Assembly (NCBI GenBank): GCA_036229005.1
Contig: JAZAMN010000004.1
Location: 64,001 to 128,000 of the forward strand
DNA: 64,000 nucleotides
Reading direction: 5' to 3'
Origin: Myxococcota bacterium
GTDB lineage: Bacteria; Myxococcota_A; UBA796; CAJQPC01
Shown in pieces: positions 37,273 to 45,915 of the stretch (its first letter is position 1; every line of letters begins with the position of its first letter). Position numbers and translations under genes: made by a program. The notes beneath the pieces were generated by a model, which saw only the letters and a program-made list of their open reading frames with translations, had not been told where the DNA came from and made no database searches.

Positions 37273-38184
37273 ATGTTGCTGCTGCTGGCCTGCTCTTCTG
37301 CTCCTGTCCCGCCCCCTGTCGTAGCCCCAGCGCCGGTTCTGGAGGTCGAGGCCGGTGGGTTCCAGGAGCTCATGGCCTTCTCCACCTCCGTCAAGGACAA
37401 TGACGCGACGGAGCTCTTGAAGGCGGGGCTCGCGAGCGAGGACACCAGCGGCTGGAAGCTGCGGCTCAACCACGAGCCCATCGCGCCGCTGCTGGAGCTG
37501 TCGGGGGTGCAGGCGCCGGTGCTGGCCTTCGACGAGCTGGGCCCGGATTGGAGCGGGCTGGTGGACTACGCGACCTATGCGGCGATGCGCAGTCGGCTGC
37601 TGCGCTCGGAGGGGCAGGGGGAGCAGGCGGCGGAGCTGCTGGAGGGGGCGCTGCACCTGGGGCTGCTGATGCAGTACGCGGGGGGCGGCGTGCTCAACGA
37701 GATGGTGGGCATCGCGATGCAGGAGCTGGTGCTCACGGAGCTGGCCGAGGGGGACAAGTACGGGCCCCTGGGGCTGGAGGCGGAGCAGCGCATCCGGGCG
37801 ACGCTGGTGGAGCAGAACGCGCTGCCGATGTCTTCGCCGGGGGCGGTGTACGGGGAGTGCGAGAGCCTGGAGGCGGTGCTGGACAGCCCGGAGCTGGAGG
37901 CCTTCCTCTACGACCAGGAGGAGACCGTGGCGGTGCACTGGGCGCTCTGCGCGGACGTGATCACCCAGGCGGCGCTGCCCCCCGGAGCCCGGGAGTTCGC
38001 GGACCCGCTGGCGCTGATGGACGAGCAGCTCGGCCTGTTGAATCCCATCGGCCGGGAGGTGCTGGAGCTGGGCGGGCCGGACTACCGCAGCTTCGTGGAC
38101 AAGGAGGACGCGCTGCGGGCGCGTCGGCAGGAGGTGATCCAGGCGCTGGAGGCCCGGATCCTGGCGGCGACGGGGCCGCAGTAG
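37273..38184 (+). CDS. Hypothetical lipoprotein
   Basis: GAGGTG SD, MLLLLAC lipobox, high-GC3 codon usage. Confidence 0.65.
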   Translation: MLLLLACSSAPVPPPVVAPAPVLEVEAGGFQELMAFSTSVKDNDATELLKAGLASEDTSGWKLRLNHEPIAPLLELSGVQAPVLAFDELGPDWSGLVDYATYAAMRSRLLRSEGQGEQAAELLEGALHLGLLMQYAGGGVLNEMVGIAMQELVLTELAEGDKYGPLGLEAEQRIRATLVEQNALPMSSPGAVYGECESLEAVLDSPELEAFLYDQEETVAVHWALCADVITQAALPPGAREFADPLALMDEQLGLLNPIGREVLELGGPDYRSFVDKEDALRARRQEVIQALEARILAATGPQ

Positions 38185-38220
38185 GCGCGCTGCGGTCTGG
38201 GGGGGGCAGCTCTGGCGGAC

Positions 38221-39441
38221 TCAGCTCTGGGTGGCTGCGACCGAGGCGAGCTGGGCGGTGGCGAAGGCGGCCTGGAAGTTGAAGCCGCCGATGGGGCCGG
38301 TGAGGTCCAGCAGCTCGCCGACCACGAAGAGGCCGGGGTGGGCGTGCACCTGCATGCTGCGGCGGTCGAGCTGGTCCAGGCCCAGGCCGCCGGCGCTGAC
38401 CTCGGCCTTGGAGAAGCCCAGGGTGCCGGAGATGGGGATGCGCCAGCCCTTGACGTTCTCGACCAGGCGGTTGCGGGCCTTGCGGGAGATCTGGTTGAGC
38501 TGGGGGTTGTCGTCGGGCAGGCCGGACTGCTGGGCCAAGGTGGCCAGCACGCGCTTGGGCAGGGGGAGCAGGGTGCGCAGGCGGGGGCTGCCGGGGGCGC
38601 TGGCGCCGTCGATGAGCTGGGCGCGCAGGGTCTCCATGGGGAGCTCGGGGAGCAGGTCCAGGCGGGCCTCGTCGGCCAGGCGGCGGGCGAAGGGCTCGGA
38701 CAGGTCCATGGCCCCGGGCCCGGAGAGGCCCTTGTGGGTGAACAGGACCGGGCGGCGGCGGCGCAGCTTGCCCACCCGCAGCTCCCCGTCGATGGCGATG
38801 CCCGAGAGCGCGTGGACCCAGGGCGCGGGGGACTCCAGGGGCACCAGGGCGGGGACGGGGTCGACGACGTGCAGGCCCAGGGCGCGCAGCCACACCCAGC
38901 CGTCGCCGGTGGTGCCGGTCTTGGGGTAGGACTTGCCGCCGGTGGCCAGGATCAGGCGCCGGCAGTGGACCCGGCGGTTGCCGCAGTGGACCGTCCAGCC
39001 GGCCGCGGTCGGCTCCAGGGAGGTCACGGGCTGGGAGAGCAGGAACTGGGCGCCGGCCTGGCGGGCGTGGCGCTCCAGGGCGTTGCGCACCTGCAGGGCG
39101 GAGTCGGAGGCGGGGAAGACCTTGTCGAAGTCGGCCTCGGTCTTGGTCTTCACGCCGATGCGCTCGAAGTGGGCGCGCACCATCTGGGGGCTCAGGGCCT
39201 GCAGCGCGGGGCGGATGAAGTCGTGGCCCTGACCGAAGGCGCGGGCGGTGTCGCGCGCGTCCAGGGTGGTGGTCAGGTTGCAGCGCGTGCCCCCGCTGGA
39301 GAGCACCTTGGTGCCCGTGCGGCGGGTCTTCTCCAGGACCAGGACGCTGGCCCCGCGGCGGGCACACTCGGCGGCGGCCCACAGGCCCGCGGCGCCGGCG
39401 CCGACGATGCAGATCTCGGTCTGCGGCTCTTGTTCACTCAT
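38221..39441 (-). CDS. HI0933/BaiN (YhiN)-family flavoprotein
   Basis: GAGAAGL, GTKVLSSGGTRCNLT, ATGGKSYPKTGTTGDG, LFTHKGLSGP, GELLD..GPIGGFNFQAAFATA. Confidence 0.92.
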   Translation of the reverse strand: MSEQEPQTEICIVGAGAAGLWAAAECARRGASVLVLEKTRRTGTKVLSSGGTRCNLTTTLDARDTARAFGQGHDFIRPALQALSPQMVRAHFERIGVKTKTEADFDKVFPASDSALQVRNALERHARQAGAQFLLSQPVTSLEPTAAGWTVHCGNRRVHCRRLILATGGKSYPKTGTTGDGWVWLRALGLHVVDPVPALVPLESPAPWVHALSGIAIDGELRVGKLRRRRPVLFTHKGLSGPGAMDLSEPFARRLADEARLDLLPELPMETLRAQLIDGASAPGSPRLRTLLPLPKRVLATLAQQSGLPDDNPQLNQISRKARNRLVENVKGWRIPISGTLGFSKAEVSAGGLGLDQLDRRSMQVHAHPGLFVVGELLDLTGPIGGFNFQAAFATAQLASVAATQS

Positions 39442-39493
39442 GCCGGGGGCTTATCGTGGTGCTCCCAGACAGGACGGCCCCTTGAGCGACTTC

Positions 39494-40303
39494 ATGCACA
39501 GCACCCTCCTCGGCAAGCGCGTCCACCGCATGGGCATCAGCACGCACTTTGGGCTGGGGCCCGACGGGGTGCAGGCAGCGATGGACCGCGGGCTCAACTA
39601 CTTCTGGTACGTGAAGTCCAACATGGAGGCGATGACCGCCCCTCTGAGGCAGCGGGCTCAGACGGATCGGGACAGCCTGTTCATCGCCGGTGGGCCCAGC
39701 TTCGGGTTCACCGGGGGGCAGGTCAAGCGGGGCGCCGAGCGCATGCTCAAGCAGCTCGGGACCGACCACCTGGACCTGCTGCAGATCTTCTGGGTGGGCA
39801 AGATGTCCCGCGCCAGCGACGGGGTGCTGCGCGCGATGGAGGATCTCAAGGCCGAGGGCAAGTGCCGGGGCATCGGCTGCAGCATCCACGACCGCGAGCT
39901 GGCGGGGGAGCTGGCTCGGGAGAGGAAGGTGGACGTCCTCATGGTCCGGTACAACGCCGGACACCCTGGGGCCGAAGCGGACATCTTCCCGCACCTGGGC
40001 ACCGGCGAGGACAAGGTGGGCGTCGTGACCTACACCTCGACCCGGTGGGGCACGCTGCTGCAGGCCCCGAAGGGCTGGGACGACCGCCCGGCCAAGGCCT
40101 CGGAGTGCTACCGCTTCGCGCTCACCCGCCCCGAGGTGGACGTGGTGCTCACCGGCCCGGCGTCGGTGGCCGAGCTGGACGAGAACCTGCAGGACATGGC
40201 GCAGGGGGCGCTGGACGGGCAGCGGCAGGAGTGGATGCGCGGGCTGGGACGCCAGGCGCGGCAGAGCAAGGCGCTTCAGGCGTTCGCGTTTGACGGGTTT
40301 TGA
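39494..40303 (+). CDS. Aldo/keto reductase family protein
   Basis: LKQLGTDHLDL, GKCRGIGCSIH, VRYNAGH, VDVVLTG....ELDEN. Confidence 0.8.
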   Translation: MHSTLLGKRVHRMGISTHFGLGPDGVQAAMDRGLNYFWYVKSNMEAMTAPLRQRAQTDRDSLFIAGGPSFGFTGGQVKRGAERMLKQLGTDHLDLLQIFWVGKMSRASDGVLRAMEDLKAEGKCRGIGCSIHDRELAGELARERKVDVLMVRYNAGHPGAEADIFPHLGTGEDKVGVVTYTSTRWGTLLQAPKGWDDRPAKASECYRFALTRPEVDVVLTGPASVAELDENLQDMAQGALDGQRQEWMRGLGRQARQSKALQAFAFDGF

Positions 40304-40315
40304 GGTCCTCTGGGT

Positions 40316-40582
40316 GGCTACGCCCCCTGAATGAGCACTCCCCCGTGGCTACGGCCTCCCAGTGAGCGCCTCTTTGAGGCTACGGGGACTCAGTGAGCGG
40401 GGGGCGGACCGGAACGGTGCTCGGTTCGACAGAATTGGGTCTGATTTTGCTCAGGTGTGGACCAGTACGGGGTCGGGGTGTTGCCTGAGCCCAAAGCCGC
40501 AACAATGCTCCGCCGATCGGTGGCCCAAGCGCTCACTGAGTGCCCGTAGCCTCTCAGGACCGCTCATTCAGGCGCGCTAGCC
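40316..40582. repeat. Inverted pair of 31-bp-period repeat arrays (3 left, 2 right units; core GGCTACG-N7-ARTGAGC)
   Basis: Units at 40316, 40347, 40378; reverse-complement units at 40531-40551 and 40562-40582. The innermost pair matches 20 of 21 bases. Confidence 0.8.
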
Positions 40583-40713
40583 TCCGCCGGCGGCTGTGTC
40601 TGAGGCTCTCGCATGGCGCGGGCGCAACAGTTCCTCGCCTGCGGAGGGCAGTGTTCCAGAATCTGACCGGAGCTTCCCAGCCCAAGGCGGTGAGCCGGGA
40701 ATAGAGTGGTGCC

Positions 40714-41727
40714 ATGACCAAGCTCGCTTCCCCCGTCCTCAAGACCGTGCCTCTCCGGATGCACTGGCCCACCCTCGACCCCTTCCTGTTCTGCGCGCAC
40801 CACCGGGACGCCTACCCGGCCGGTGACGAGAAGATGGGGGTCACCGTGCCCCTGACCGGCCGCAACGTCGGCTCGGACTTCTCGGGGCTGAACGGCTTCT
40901 CGATGTACCACGGCGACCACGTGCCGGGCTTCCCGCAGCACCCCCACCGCGGCTTCGAGACCATCACCCTGGCGCGCAGCGGCTACATCGACCACAGCGA
41001 CTCGATGGGCGCCACCGCGCGCTTTGGCAACGGCGACCTGCAGTGGATGACCGCGGGCAAGGGCATCGTGCACGCCGAGATGTTCCCCCTGGTCCACCAG
41101 GACCAGGACAACCCGGCCGAGCTCTTCCAGATCTGGCTGAACCTGCCGGCGGCCTCCAAGATGGTGGAGCCCTACTTCTCCATGTTCTGGTCGGACGAGA
41201 TCCCGCGCCTCAAGGCCCCGGGCTTCGAGCTGATCCAGTACGTCGGCCCCCTGGAGGGACAAGCCCCCGCGCCGCCGCCGGACTCCTGGGCCTCCAACCC
41301 GCAGGCGGACATCGTCGTGTGGCGCGGGCTGATGGAGCCGGGCGCCAAGTGGACCCTGCCGGCGGGACCGGGCGGCGTGCACCGCGTGCTGTACTTCTAC
41401 CAGGGCGACACCCTGCGCGTGGCCGACGGTGTGCTCCCCGTGCAGCACGGCGCGCAGCTCGACCCCACCCAGTCCGTGGAGTTGGAGGCCGGCGCCGAGC
41501 CCGTGGAGTGGGTGCTCCTGCAGGGGCGGCCCATCGGTGAGCCGGTGGTGCAGCACGGCCCCTTCGTCATGAACAGCCGGCTGGAGATCCAGCAGACCAT
41601 GATGGAGTACCGGCAGACCCGCTTTGGCGGCTGGCCCTGGGACCGCGACGACCCGGTGCACCCGCGGGAGCAGGGGCGCTTCGCCATCCACGCCGACGGC
41701 CGCCGCGAGACGCCCAAGGTGGGCTGA
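40714..41727 (+). CDS. Pirin family protein
   Basis: DPFLFCAHH, GFPQHPHRGFETIT, DHSDS.G, QWMTAGKGIVHAE, FQIWLNLP, GPFVMN. Confidence 0.93.
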   Translation: MTKLASPVLKTVPLRMHWPTLDPFLFCAHHRDAYPAGDEKMGVTVPLTGRNVGSDFSGLNGFSMYHGDHVPGFPQHPHRGFETITLARSGYIDHSDSMGATARFGNGDLQWMTAGKGIVHAEMFPLVHQDQDNPAELFQIWLNLPAASKMVEPYFSMFWSDEIPRLKAPGFELIQYVGPLEGQAPAPPPDSWASNPQADIVVWRGLMEPGAKWTLPAGPGGVHRVLYFYQGDTLRVADGVLPVQHGAQLDPTQSVELEAGAEPVEWVLLQGRPIGEPVVQHGPFVMNSRLEIQQTMMEYRQTRFGGWPWDRDDPVHPREQGRFAIHADGRRETPKVG

Positions 41728-41760
41728 GGCCGCGCGCCACAGAGCAGGTAGGATGCGGCC

Positions 41761-42534
41761 ATGATCTGGCTGCTCCTGTCCTGCTCCACCCCCGCCGACC
41801 CCAGCCCCACGTCCGCGTGTGAGGGGCTCTACGGGGACCCCAACGAGAACACCGGCCTCAGCGACGCGGAGTGCTGGCCCAGCGTGGGGGAGGGGGAGGG
41901 GGACTGGTCACCTCGCCGATGGGACGATGCGTCACTGCGTGCGCTCGAGCGCTGGTCTCTGGAGGTGGACCCAGAGCCCCTGAGCACCGATCCCTACCTC
42001 TCCGACCCGCCGGCGGCCGAGGGCGTGGTCTGCGCTCTGAGCTTCGGCGAGGACACCTACAGCATGGCCAGCTACCCGAGCGTCGCGGCGGCCCATGAGG
42101 CGGGGGCGGTGATCACCCACGGGGGCGCGTGCGGGCTGTGCTCCAGCCTGGAGGACCTGGCGGTGTACGCGGGCACGCCCGACCTGACCCAGCCGGTGCG
42201 GCAGTGCGGCCTGCAGTCGATGGCCGACGGCGTGGAGGCGGGGCAGGCCTGCCTGGAGGGGCTGGGCTTCACCCCGGCCTGCGCGAGCATCTGGGCGTAC
42301 AACGTGGAGCACACCCGGCAGGAGTGCCAGGACATCTGCCTGTCGCTGCTCTCGGACCCCTACCACCAGGAGGACGGGAGCCTGAACGCCTGCCTGCAGT
42401 GCGACGAGGACGAGTCGGGGCCTGTGTTCAAGGCGGTCGCGGGGCGCACGCGGCGGAACTCGGGGCTGGCCAGCGCGCTGTGCCGACCCTGTGACACAGT
42501 GTGGAGGATCGACCACGACTATCCGGAGCTCTGA
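41761..42534 (+). CDS. Cys-rich lipoprotein of unknown function
   Basis: MIWLLLSC lipobox; HGGACGLCS, CLEGLGFT..CA.IW, CLQCDEDESGP.F..VAGRTRRNSG. Confidence 0.7.
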   Translation: MIWLLLSCSTPADPSPTSACEGLYGDPNENTGLSDAECWPSVGEGEGDWSPRRWDDASLRALERWSLEVDPEPLSTDPYLSDPPAAEGVVCALSFGEDTYSMASYPSVAAAHEAGAVITHGGACGLCSSLEDLAVYAGTPDLTQPVRQCGLQSMADGVEAGQACLEGLGFTPACASIWAYNVEHTRQECQDICLSLLSDPYHQEDGSLNACLQCDEDESGPVFKAVAGRTRRNSGLASALCRPCDTVWRIDHDYPEL

Positions 42535-42609
42535 GGGGAGGGGGATCGGGGTCCTCAAAAACCTATACAAAGCTTGCACAAGCTGTGTTCGGGGTGTACA
42601 ACCCTCAGC

Positions 42610-45120
42610 ATGCTCCCCCTGCTGCTCAGCGCTGCATTCGCCCAGGAGGCCCCCGCCGATCGGAGCCGCCTGCCCAGCGTGGCCGTCGCGGTCCAGCCGG
42701 TGCATCCGGCCCAGGCGCTGGAGCAGGGGATCTCCTCGCAGGTGCTGCTGGCGCTGCAGATCGACGCCACTGGGCGGGTGCTGGCGGCGGAGGTCGTGGA
42801 GTCCGGGGGCCCTGACTTCGACGACGCGGCCGTGCAGGCGCTGCTGGCCACCACCTTTGTGCCCGCGCTGGACGCCCAGGGGGAGCCGGCGGCTGCGGCG
42901 ATCTACTACCGGGTGGTGTTCGACGTGCAGGCCGCCCCGCCGCTGAGGATGCAGGGGCAGGCCACGCTGGGGCAGCTCCCCTTGAGCGGCGTGCGGATCC
43001 GCGGGGTGGGGCCGGAGGGCGCGCAGGCGCGGGCGGTCACGGACTCGGAGGGCCGCTACGCGCTGGTGGGCCTGGAGCCGGGCCCCTGGGTGCTGTTGGT
43101 CGAGGCCGAGGGTATGGAGCCCATCGTGCGCCAGGTGGAGATCGACGCCGAGTCGGTGGTGGCGCTGGATCTGGCCTTTCAGCCGCAGCTCGCCGCGGAG
43201 CTGGGGGACGAGCCCGGCGAGGTGCTGGTGGTGCAAGCGGCCCGGCTGACCCCGGACATCACGGAGCGGCGGCTCAGCGCCGAGGAGATCGCCTACCTGC
43301 CGGGCAGCTCGGGGGACGTGGTCAAGGCGGTCCAGAACCTGCCGGGCATCGCGCGGGCGCCCCTGGGCATCGGGCAGCTCATCGTGCGCGGGAACGACGC
43401 GGGGGACACGACCTACACGCTGGACGGCTCGCCGATCCCGCTGGTGTTCCACTTCGCGGGGCTGACCTCGGTGGTGCCGGGCCAAGCGCTGGACGAGGTC
43501 GCCTACCTGCCCGGCAACTACGGCGTGCGCTACGGCCGCACCCTGGGCGGCGTGGTGGACCTGCGCACGACCCGGCAGCTCCCGCTGGAGCCCAACCGCA
43601 GCATCAGCGTGGACCTGTACCAGTCCGCCGCGTTCATCCAGCAGCCCATCGGGGACCGCGCCGCCGTGACCGTGGCCGCCCGGCGCTCCTACGCCGACGC
43701 CGTGCTCGGCCCGCTGCTGAACAACGTGGACGGCCTCAAGGTCCAGGCCCCCCGCTACTACGACGCCCAGCTCCGCTTCCAGTACCAGGGGGACGAGGGC
43801 GACTGGGACGTGCTGCTCTTCGCCTCCGACGACCGCTTCCGCTTCCTGGGCCTGAGCGAGGAGGAGGAGGACGAGCTCACCCTGGCGGCCTTCGCGGACC
43901 AGTTCCAGCGGGTGCGGGTGCGCCACCTGTCCACCGTGCGCGGCTGGGAGCTGGAGAACACCGTGGCCTTCGGGCCCGAGAAGCGCTTCTTCGAGTTCGG
44001 CGAGGACTCCGACGCGCTGGAGGAGCGGCTCACCGTCTCCGCCCGCCAGGAGTGGGTGCGCCCGCTGACCCCCGACCGCAGCCTGGGCGCGCGCGTGGGC
44101 CTGGATCTCTTGGGCGGCCAGGAGGGCTTCAACTTCTACGTCCAGGACTTCGGCCCCCGGGAGAAGGACAGCGCCCGCTTCGTCGCCCCCGCGCTCTACG
44201 GGGAGCTGAGCTGGCGCGTGGGCCCGCTGACCCTCATCCCCGGCCTGCGCGCGGACCTGCTGGCCTACGACTCCGGCTACACCGCGACCGCGATCGACCC
44301 CCGGATCGCCGCCCGCGTGCGCATCAGCGACGGCGCCGCCCTCAAGGCCAGCTACGGCCGCTACTCCGCCTTCCCCACCCTGCGCGAGGTCTCCGGGCGC
44401 GCCGACGGGAACCCCGAGCTGGGCCCCCAGCAGTCTCTGCAGGCTTCAGTGGGTTGGGAGCAGCAGCTCCCCTGGGACCTCACCCTCGAGACCACCTTGT
44501 TCTACAACCAGCTCAGCCAGCTCGTGGTCGGCCGCGAGGACAGGCTGGAGTTCTTCACCGGCCCGCCCCCCGTGGGCCCCTTCGACACGGACGCCTACGC
44601 CAACGACGGCGTGGGCCTGGCCTGCGGCGCCGAGCTCATGCTGCGCTACGACGGCCCCAAGACCGTGGGCCTGCTCACCGGCACCTTCTCCCACAGCCAG
44701 CGCCAGGACCGCCCGGACGAGGAGGTCGAGCTCTTCGCCTTCGACCAGCCCATCGTGCTCAACGCCCTGGTCTCCCGCCAGCTCCCCCGCGGTTGGCGCC
44801 TGGGCGCCCGCTACCGCTTCGGCTCGGGCAACCCCTACACCCCCGTGGTCAACCGCTACTACGACGCCAGCTTCCGGGCCTACATCCCCGTCTATGGCGA
44901 GCGCAGCAGCGGCCGGCTCCCCTACTTCACCAGCCTGGATCTGCGGGTGGACAAGGAGTTCACCCTGCGCACGGTTCAGATGACTGCCTTCCTGGAGCTG
45001 CAGAACGCCACCAACCGCGCGAACGTCGAGGTCGTGGGCTGGAACGCCGACTACTCCGCCCAGGACAACATCACCGGCTACCCCACGCTGCCGGTCTTTG
45101 GCTTCAAGGGGGCCTGGTGA
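42610..45120 (+). CDS. TonB-dependent receptor with N-terminal TonB_C and carboxypeptidase-regulatory-like domains
   Basis: IDATGRV..AEVVES...FDDAAVQA; GDVVKAVQNLPG; FHFAG; YGRTLGGVV; LDLRVDK; terminal aromatic W. Confidence 0.88.
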   Translation: MLPLLLSAAFAQEAPADRSRLPSVAVAVQPVHPAQALEQGISSQVLLALQIDATGRVLAAEVVESGGPDFDDAAVQALLATTFVPALDAQGEPAAAAIYYRVVFDVQAAPPLRMQGQATLGQLPLSGVRIRGVGPEGAQARAVTDSEGRYALVGLEPGPWVLLVEAEGMEPIVRQVEIDAESVVALDLAFQPQLAAELGDEPGEVLVVQAARLTPDITERRLSAEEIAYLPGSSGDVVKAVQNLPGIARAPLGIGQLIVRGNDAGDTTYTLDGSPIPLVFHFAGLTSVVPGQALDEVAYLPGNYGVRYGRTLGGVVDLRTTRQLPLEPNRSISVDLYQSAAFIQQPIGDRAAVTVAARRSYADAVLGPLLNNVDGLKVQAPRYYDAQLRFQYQGDEGDWDVLLFASDDRFRFLGLSEEEEDELTLAAFADQFQRVRVRHLSTVRGWELENTVAFGPEKRFFEFGEDSDALEERLTVSARQEWVRPLTPDRSLGARVGLDLLGGQEGFNFYVQDFGPREKDSARFVAPALYGELSWRVGPLTLIPGLRADLLAYDSGYTATAIDPRIAARVRISDGAALKASYGRYSAFPTLREVSGRADGNPELGPQQSLQASVGWEQQLPWDLTLETTLFYNQLSQLVVGREDRLEFFTGPPPVGPFDTDAYANDGVGLACGAELMLRYDGPKTVGLLTGTFSHSQRQDRPDEEVELFAFDQPIVLNALVSRQLPRGWRLGARYRFGSGNPYTPVVNRYYDASFRAYIPVYGERSSGRLPYFTSLDLRVDKEFTLRTVQMTAFLELQNATNRANVEVVGWNADYSAQDNITGYPTLPVFGFKGAW

Positions 45121-45911
45121 TGCTGCTGTGGCTGCTGGCCTGTGGCGGGATGGGCGACCCCGCGACCACCCTGCGGGACGTGCAGGTTCTGACCATCGCG
45201 TCGGACCCGGGCGTGCTGGGGCCCGGCTCGGTGGGGACCCTGGACACCTTCGTCGCGGATCCGGTGGGCGAGGGGATCGAGCTGCTCCAGTGGCCCTGCA
45301 CCCCAACGTCTGACGGGGAGTGCGCCGAGCACGCCGCCATCCTGGACGGCACCAGCGAGGACTGGCTGGGCCTGACCCGCAGCGACCAGACCACCCTGTC
45401 CGTGGACATCGCCACCCCCGCTGCGCTGCAGCCCCTGCTGGGCCCCGATCCGCTGCCCCTCTGGTCGGTGTGGACGTTGGCCTGTGCCCCCGGCCTGTGC
45501 CCCCTGATGGAGGCCCAAGGGGACACCCTGGTGGAGGGGCTCGCGGACCCCACGGAGCTGCTGGTGGACCTGCCCATCGACGGCGTGAGCCTCACGCGCG
45601 GCTGGGTGTACGGCGCCGCGGAGTCCTCGCCGGCACCCGGGGTGTCGTGCAGTGCGCCGGAGACCGCAGCCCCAGAGGGTGAGGTCCTGGTGTCGTGCAC
45701 CCTGGATGCCCTCCTCGACGACGACTCCGCGCTCTACGGCTACGCGACGGCCGGCGGCTGGGAGGCCCCCTTCGTGGAGACGGGCCTGAGCGGGCCGGTG
45801 GAGTACGCCTGGTACGCCCCGGAGGACCCCGGGACCGTGACGCTCTACGTGGTGGTGGTCGATGCGCGGGGCGGGCAGGGGATCTGGAGCGGCAGCCTGC
45901 GCGTCGAGTAG
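45120..45911 (+). CDS. Lipoprotein coupled to the TonB-dependent receptor
   Basis: TGATG overlap, MLLWLLAC lipobox, VQVLTIASDP, VVVDARGG. Confidence 0.75.
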   Translation: MLLWLLACGGMGDPATTLRDVQVLTIASDPGVLGPGSVGTLDTFVADPVGEGIELLQWPCTPTSDGECAEHAAILDGTSEDWLGLTRSDQTTLSVDIATPAALQPLLGPDPLPLWSVWTLACAPGLCPLMEAQGDTLVEGLADPTELLVDLPIDGVSLTRGWVYGAAESSPAPGVSCSAPETAAPEGEVLVSCTLDALLDDDSALYGYATAGGWEAPFVETGLSGPVEYAWYAPEDPGTVTLYVVVVDARGGQGIWSGSLRVE

Positions 45912-45915
45912 GGGC

